From the NCBI GenBank assembly GCA_907165135.1, contig OU015570.1:558001-622000 (forward strand): 64,000 nt of DNA. Reading direction: 5' to 3'. The DNA comes from Oikopleura dioica (lineage: Eukaryota; Animalia; Chordata). Positions 57,446 to 64,000 of the stretch are shown one piece after another; the first letter of the stretch is position 1, and each line of letters opens with the position of its first letter. Below the pieces are notes generated by a model. It saw nothing but the letters and a program-made list of their open reading frames with translations, was not told where the DNA came from and made no database searches. The translations under genes and the position numbers were made by a program.

Positions 57446-58849
57446 TTAATTCTTTGGAAAGTGTGCTCATGTTTGTCAGCCCATTGAAATTCAACATTCT
57501 TTGATGTAAGATCGTAAAGAGGTTGCAAAATGGCATTTTCGTCTCTAATGAACTTGATGTTCTAATTGAATACTCCCAAGAGGCCTTTAATTTCGCTCTT
57601 TGACTTTGGAGCTTTCAAGTTCTTGATGGTCTCGAGATGTTCGGCATAGAAAACATTTCTTTGGTGAGAGGAGCAGGCCATTATTAACGCAAGTCTTGAA
57701 GATGAATTCCAGTGTTTCAAGGTGTTTCAAAAAGGAATTGCCAATTCAGATTATATCGTCCAAGTATGAAAGAATGCTTGGGTGGTCTAGTAACTTCTGA
57801 ATGATTCTTGAGAAGGCACTCGGAGCTGTTGATACACCATAAAGCATCCGTTGAGCGGCGTAATGTTTGTTGTTGAAGGAGAAAGCGAGCTTGTGGGAAT
57901 CTTCAGCGGCGGTTTGTATTTGCCAGTTCCCACGGTGGCAATCAATTTGACTTATGAAGCATGTGTTCCCATTTGAAAGTCGAGTTCCGATTTCTGTCAA
58001 TACCACTGACAAGTGAGGCAACGGGAACCGATCTTGTTAAAGGAGTTTGTTTAAGGATCTTGCGTCAAGAGAAATCCGAATAGAGCCATCGTTTTTCTGT
58101 AGAATAATCAGAGGAATATTGAAACCAGACGATGTCTCTCTGATGCTGTCCAGACTTTTCCATCGCTCAATCTCTTTGCTAACCTGATCTTTCATGTGAA
58201 TCGGTATTGGGCGAGAAGGTTGTTGTGTTGTCTGAGATTCATCAAGCATAGGTAGGGTGAACCGGAAATTATGAAGTTTACCAAGGACATCTTCACCCAT
58301 TGAGAAGGCAAGTTTATATTTGCCAACGAGATCAGTAAGTTTTCCCTCTTGCTCCGAAGTCGTGTCGCCAAATGAGCCTATTTTCCGTTTGAAATTCATT
58401 ATTTCAGCCTTTTGACTTCGTAATCTTTGGAATGATTCTAGGGATTCTCTCTCAGTTTTATAATCTTTCATCTCGACAATTGCATTTTGAGTTCTTATCG
58501 GGTCTTATTGTTCGGACTTGTATGTTTTTCCAAACAATAAATTTCTTATCAGGAAAAGCAACATCTTTGAGGAGGTCGCAGCCAATAAGGACAGGAACAC
58601 AAATTGAGTCGACAACAAGTGGATTTGTGATCAGAGCGAATTTTCCGTTGCCGATTGTTTGACTGTCATTTTGATTGGTTCGGCGATTGTTGACGGTCGG
58701 ATAAATTGATTGTTTGCACAAATTATTTCCACTTTTGATGGTTTTGTGTTGTTGACGAATGGAAGACTTGAATTGATACAGGTCTTTGAAGCACCGGTGT
58801 CGAGGAGCGCGACGTAGTTGTAGCCATTGACATTGACGTTAATAAATTT

Positions 58850-59310
58850 CAGGCCCAATTTTGAACCAAAAGAATTCAATATGCACAAATTTGAAAAATT
58901 TCCAAAAGGATATGGCATACAATCAAGTCTTGAATTCGCTAATTGGTTGAAATCAAAGTCTTTTGCAAATGACCAGATTGAATTCTTCTCTCTTGATGTT
59001 AAAAAACTTTTTCCTTCGGTTTGCACGAAAAGCTTGATCGATTTTTGTCTTGAAGAAATTTTTGTGCGCAATCGTGCAGTAAAAATGCTCCCAAGATATA
59101 GGGACTCAAATGACAAATTCTAACCCCCTATCCCTAAACATCTTCTTCAAATAATGCTTCCCAAGACACTTACTCATTTTACAGCAGTTGAAGGTTATGA
59201 AAACTTTTTTAGGCAATTTAAGGGACTTTCAATGGGTGATGTTACGAGCCCTTATCTTGCGAACTATTTTTTGCACTGCATAGAACATAAAGAAATTGAA
59301 AATATGTAGT
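58850..59310 (+). pseudogene. Penelope-like RT fragment
   Basis: FFSLDVKKLFPSV and RQFKGLSMGDVTSPYLANYFL. Confidence 0.85.
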
Positions 59311-59564
59311 CTGTATAGCCTATACAGTATTGGTCTTACTATTCTGCTCGTTTCATGAAAAGAACACATAATTCCGCCAAAGGCAATTGCGCGTCTGATG
59401 CCCGCTCGCCTTACCACTGCTCTTGGGCGCCGCCAACATTTTTTGAAATAGCCTTCGGCGCCGCGAGATAAGCTACAGTGATGACCCATTTTAAGGCCGG
59501 CCCTTTTAAGGCCACTTTTTCGAAAAATCTCAAAAATCTGTCATCCTAAAAAAATCCACTTTAA

Positions 59565-61540
59565 GGGTGTCCCCAACGATCGAGTCGGAGTTTTCTTAGT
59601 CGGGTGAACAAACTATTTAGAGTTAATTATGGGAAGCTGATTCTAAAGCTTCTTTCAGATCTGAAATATCACATCTAGTTCTCGAGATATGACTGTTTCT
59701 ATGACCGCGCTTATGCATTACGGCTCGATAGAAATGCACTGTAAAAGTGTCATTTTCAAACTTTCGATTTTATATATCAACCTGGGTATTGTCTGAAAGC
59801 TTGAAAAATTCTCTATTCAATGATGCCCATATCGACGCGATAACACCAATTTTTCATTTTCGAACAGTGCGCCAAAAGTCGCCAACACGTGCACTTTGGC
59901 GCCGGAAAAGGGGATTAAGGGACTTATCAGCGCGCAATCTGAGCGTACCGAGAGATTGTCAATAGATAAAACTATAATCTCTGTAAAAATTAGGAAAATT
60001 CAATTTAAGAAACTACGCTAGAATCGAGCACAAACTTAAGCAAAATCGTTGCTTTAGATAATTCATCGTCTCAGATGCATGCAGTTAAATTTTCAAAATC
60101 CGCCAAATTTAATGCAGAGAGGAGTGTTCAAGGAATCAGGATCTGCCCGAAATTTGAAAATTGAATTTGTAGAACTCAAGAAAAACGATCTCAAAGATTG
60201 GTCAGAATAGAAAAGTCAGACTTATTTGAAGAAGCGGTAAGGGATTAAAAAATTACAATTTCGTTATTCTGCCAAATTAAATGCAGAGAAAAAGGTCTGA
60301 ATAATAATGGGTGTAATTCTTTTGACCAAATTCAAAAATCAAGGGACGGGGCTGAGACGGCCCGAAGGGCCGTCAAGCCCCTTAAATTCAAAAATCAAGG
60401 GACGGGGCTGAGGCGGTCCGGGAAAATTTTGAATGATAATATCGAAGAAATAAGGCTTATTCTGAATAAGTTATTCATCTTGCTCGATATTCGAAGATTT
60501 CTTCCTCGAGTTCTGGTCTTCCAGCAAAAGGTCCTCCGCCATATGAATTCCAGATATTAATAGTTTTGGTCGATCACGACTATCGAGATTCACGAGTCAT
60601 CCTGACCGATGGCAATAGTTTTGAAGGTGGATTCTAGGGTAACAAGGCACGGTCTTTCCAATAAAGCTACTGGTTCAGGCTGATCTGCTTAGGGGGGTAC
60701 TGAATTGTGCCGCCCTGCGCCGCCCTGCGCCGCCCTGCGCCGCCCTGCACCGCCCAGCGTCGCCCGGTCCGTAACCAATCGACTCTCATTCGACCAAACC
60801 ATGACCTAGGAAAGAGTTCTGAACAAGAGCGAGAGTTGGGCCCCGCCAACCCAATGAGTTCTCTACCAGAAAATGCACGCGTAAGGGCCTTTGGCCCGTC
60901 GCGTGCTCAATATACAGTGGCACATCCTAAACTGGGCAGGTCGCTTTGTCCATCCGCGGCCCACTTTGGGATGTGGTGACTCATGCCATTTCTTTTGCTC
61001 TAATAAGAGAAAGCGTTTCTGGAAGCGGCCGCCCCTGCCCAGTTTGGGATGTGGCGGCACCTGCCCAGTTTGGGATGTGCCACTGTATTAGTTATTTTAT
61101 GCAAGATCTGAATTTGATTGAGAACAACGCTACTGGCACCCTAAATTATAGGTTTTACTTATTTTAACTGTTTGACAATATAAATAAGTGAGAATAACTA
61201 AGTTGACATAAAAGCTTAAATTACGGCCTTTGAAAGACCAAAAATCTTCAAACCCGGTGAGGCTGGGCGGCACAGGGCGGCGCAGGGCGGCACAATTCAG
61301 TGTCTCCCTCTGCTTACAAGTAATTCAATTTCTCAAAAAACTGCCCTTTAATCTGTTTTTGTTGTATTTTTGCTGACAACGTGACCTAAAAATATTTTAT
61401 TTTTGTATCTGTGAATCAGCTTTATCCTAGGAACAATAAAATGGGAAGAATTCTAGTTTACCTCGTTTATAAAAATAACGTTTCGTCACCTAGCTATAAA
61501 TATTAGCTCAAACTATGGCCCATTTAAAAAATCGTTGGGG
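59565..61540. mobile_element. Diverged second copy of the 56608 element with nested inserts
   Basis: Same left TIR and colinear similarity to about 60320; partial right TIR atcgttggggacc at about 61530-61542. Confidence 0.7.
60692..61308. mobile_element. MITE with GG termini and 8-bp TSD TCTGCTTA (Merlin-like)
   Basis: GGGGGGTACTGAATTGTGCCGCCCTG is inverted with CAGGGCGGCACAATTCAGTGTCTCCC; subterminal GCCGCCCTGC repeats. Confidence 0.8.
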
Positions 61541-61793
61541 ACCATTTTTTCAATTTCTATTCGAAACCCGAAACTTGAACTGTCACTTGAAAAAACTTTT
61601 CATCTTTGACTGCCCGATGCCTCCTGTCTTTATCTTTATTCTTATTTTTTGGTACTCTTCGATGATTTTTTCTCGAATTATACAATTAGCGATGATTTCT
61701 TACGGTCCTTTCTGAATTTTCACTTAGATTTGACTCCAAGTAATTAAATTTATCATTATATTGGCGTCAAAAATACGCAGAGGAATGTCTTAA

Positions 61794-62537
61794 GGGTAGA
61801 ACATGAAATCGGCGCGCGGCGCCTCGCTCGCCCAGCGCCCCGCCGTGCCCTACTTTTCAGAATGCCCTAAAATCGGAACGGATAAAGCTTTTTCAAAAAT
61901 TTTTCGGATTATAGATTATCAAAGCCTTTTCTTTTCACAGATTGAAAATGGGCAGAATCATCAAAGAATAAGTCGGAGAAAATGACATGAGTTGGTTAAA
62001 CTCTATCTCTTCTCGCAATTCTTATCCGATTTTTTCAAATTTCGATAGGTCAAAAGTGTTCCGTTAGACCTAAAATTCCGTAGTCTCAGAATTAATTTTA
62101 AAGCTTTATGGAATTTTATATGAGCTTTTGAAATGAGAGCTGCACCGTCGTGAGGCGCGCAGCGTGAGAGAAGAAGCGGCGCGGCGTGAAAGCACTTGTT
62201 TTGAGAAGCCGTGTGCAACTTTAGGAAGCTTCAAAATTAATTCTGAGACTACGAAATTTTAGGTCTAACGGAGCACTTTCGACCTTTCTAAATTTGAAAA
62301 AATCGGATAAGAATTGCGAGAAGAGATAGAGTTTAACCAACTCATGTCATTTTCTCCGACTTATTCTTTGACGATCTTGCTCATTTTTGATCTGTGGAAA
62401 GTAAAGGCTTTAATGATCTGAAATCCGAAAAATTTTTGAAAAAGCTTTATCCGTTCCGATTTAAGGGCATTCTTAAAAGTAGGGCACGGCGGAGCGCTGG
62501 GCGAGGAGGCGCCGCGCGCCGATTTCATGTTCTACCC
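61794..62537. mobile_element. Fold-back TTAA element with GGG termini (Kolobok-like)
   Basis: TTAA|GGGTAGAACATGAAATCGGCGCGCGG ... CCCGATTTCATGTTCTACCC-type inverted end|TTAA; long inverted arms. Confidence 0.88.
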
Positions 62538-64000
62538 TTAACCATTGTTCTTTCGAAAAAGCTCATTAATTATCTTCTTCACGTAATTTTTCTTTGACGT
62601 CTTCACTAGAATCTCTTCATATCTTTTTTCTTATGATTTGTCATGTAACATGACTCATGTTTTTCCTCTTTTCAGACATGTTTTTCGAATATAATTTTTA
62701 AAATAATGAAAGAAAGAATCACCTTGAGTTCAATTCAAAGGATACATTTGGGAAAACGCCACGATTCATACAATGTTCGGGCGAAAAAATATGCTTTGGA
62801 CCTTAATTCATCACTTTTTATCCAAACAAAGGGGAAAATTTGTTGTCATCCGACTCGAGACAAAAATATCCATTTTAACGCCACTTTTGAAATTCGCTGT
62901 CATCCAAAAATTGGCCTTAAAATGGGTTTTCACTGTATTATTATAAGCGGAGGTCATCATCAATTGTGGTTTTAGAAAATATTATCATCTTACTCGGAAA
63001 AAAGAAAAATTTGACTTTTAAAAATCATCTTATTCTTAATTTTATTCAATCAAGAATGTCTCAGAAATAATAACCTTAGAGAGATCATCAACGTTGAGAA
63101 AATGTCTTTTTGTTTGGTAGAACCTCTATCTTCTACGATTGAATTCGAATTGGGTGGATAGTGAGGCCAGGGTGAAATCTCTTATCTTGGAATTTTTGAA
63201 ATCTCTCTCCGGGAAAAAACCGAGAAGACCTCCGGCATGCATTCTTTTAAAAAATGTATGAGTCATACAGTATGACCTCGTATTCGCGGTAAAAATCAAA
63301 ACGTTAAATTAAAAAAACATTGTAATACTTTTCAAGACTGAACACGATTGTCTAAATTTAACAAGAATGAAGTTTTTCAAATCGATAAATCGGTTTAAAG
63401 GACAGTTTATCGTTTATACCCCTTGTTTTCAAATTCGTGGCAATTCTTGTGTACAACTCTCCAAAGTCAAATTTTGATTTAAGCGACAATAAAACGGACA
63501 AAAATATATATATGAAGTACATAAAAAATTGTTTTATTGCCCATAAGAGATAGCAGAGTTTAAAATAAGTAAAGCAAATATTTATCGGGGAGTTTCGAGT
63601 TTTTCACATAATGGCTTAAAAAATAACAAACAAACACATGCGACCTAAAGTGATTGGAATATAAGTGGCGCTATGATTCTTCAAAAATAAAAATATATCC
63701 ATTCTTTATGCCAAGAGAGAAAATTGAGAAATAATATCACTATGTTTTCTTTTTCTTTAGTCGGCTCTATTGATTCTTTGGGTTATCGGGAGAGCAAACT
63801 ACTTAACATCCAACCCTTATCCAACACTAGGAATGGTCTTGAGTTTTTGCTTGCTCAACAAAAACGTTATTTGAAGCTATTTGATTCTGCTCTTGCTTTT
63901 TCTGTTGATTTGCCGGATAATTAAATCCCTGACAACGATTTTTGCAATAAACTCTTCGAGAATATTGAGATCGACATTGACCAAGACACCATCTCAAAAC

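Larger units (their letters stand above)
54510..58850 (-). mobile_element. LTR-less Gypsy pol (protease, RT, RNase H, integrase lacking its core), broken by three MITEs
   Basis: ALLDTGAS, IDCHRGNWQ, YGVSTAPSAF, SYLDD, KELFAL, DHKSL, ADYLSR, HCYTCHAG, WFGPF. Confidence 0.92.
52743..59475. repeat. 143-bp inverted repeat pair (52743-52885 and 59333-59475) enclosing Gypsy and Penelope fragments
   Basis: About 6 differences seen; outer ends TAGCTTATCTCGCGG / CCGCGAGATAAGCTA. Confidence 0.8.

Noticed and set aside
62640-64000. Possible gene or transposase at the window end
   Set aside because: Only short broken frames with no recognisable motif.

Overview
Eukaryotic, transposon-dense 64-kb window with no prokaryotic genes, rRNA, tRNA or CRISPR-cas. 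Very short introns (one GA-AG), compact gene spacing and env-bearing Gypsy plus Penelope elements suggest an appendicularian tunicate such as Oikopleura dioica (inference). Layout: (1) 0.3-17.9 kb, a minus-strand chain of divergent Gypsy-like units that share LTRs. It is saturated with CACGTG and carries a 4-kb accessory ORF cluster that includes a spliced antisense gene. (2) Nested in one shared LTR, a young 6-kb Tor-like element (10551-16563) with gag, protease, an RT fragment fused to an env transmembrane remnant, a hairpin-spacer array and its own spliced antisense gene. (3) 24.3-38.7 kb, a small LTR element (TSD TGTA) containing a 12.3-kb hAT-type element (TSD GGCCAACC). The hAT carries Gypsy fragments and an intron-containing host gene island: a C2H2 zinc-finger gene, an intact ECHDC3 and the 5' end of PITRM1. 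(4) 38.7-64 kb, a MULE remnant, many MITEs (hAT, Tc1-like, piggyBac-, Kolobok- and Merlin-like), a TRIM-like mini LTR element, a Penelope-like element with two hammerhead ribozymes, and a second LTR-less Gypsy pol inside 143-bp inverted repeats. All alignments, counts and identities were done by eye. Some frameshifts lie in homopolymers and may be assembly errors.
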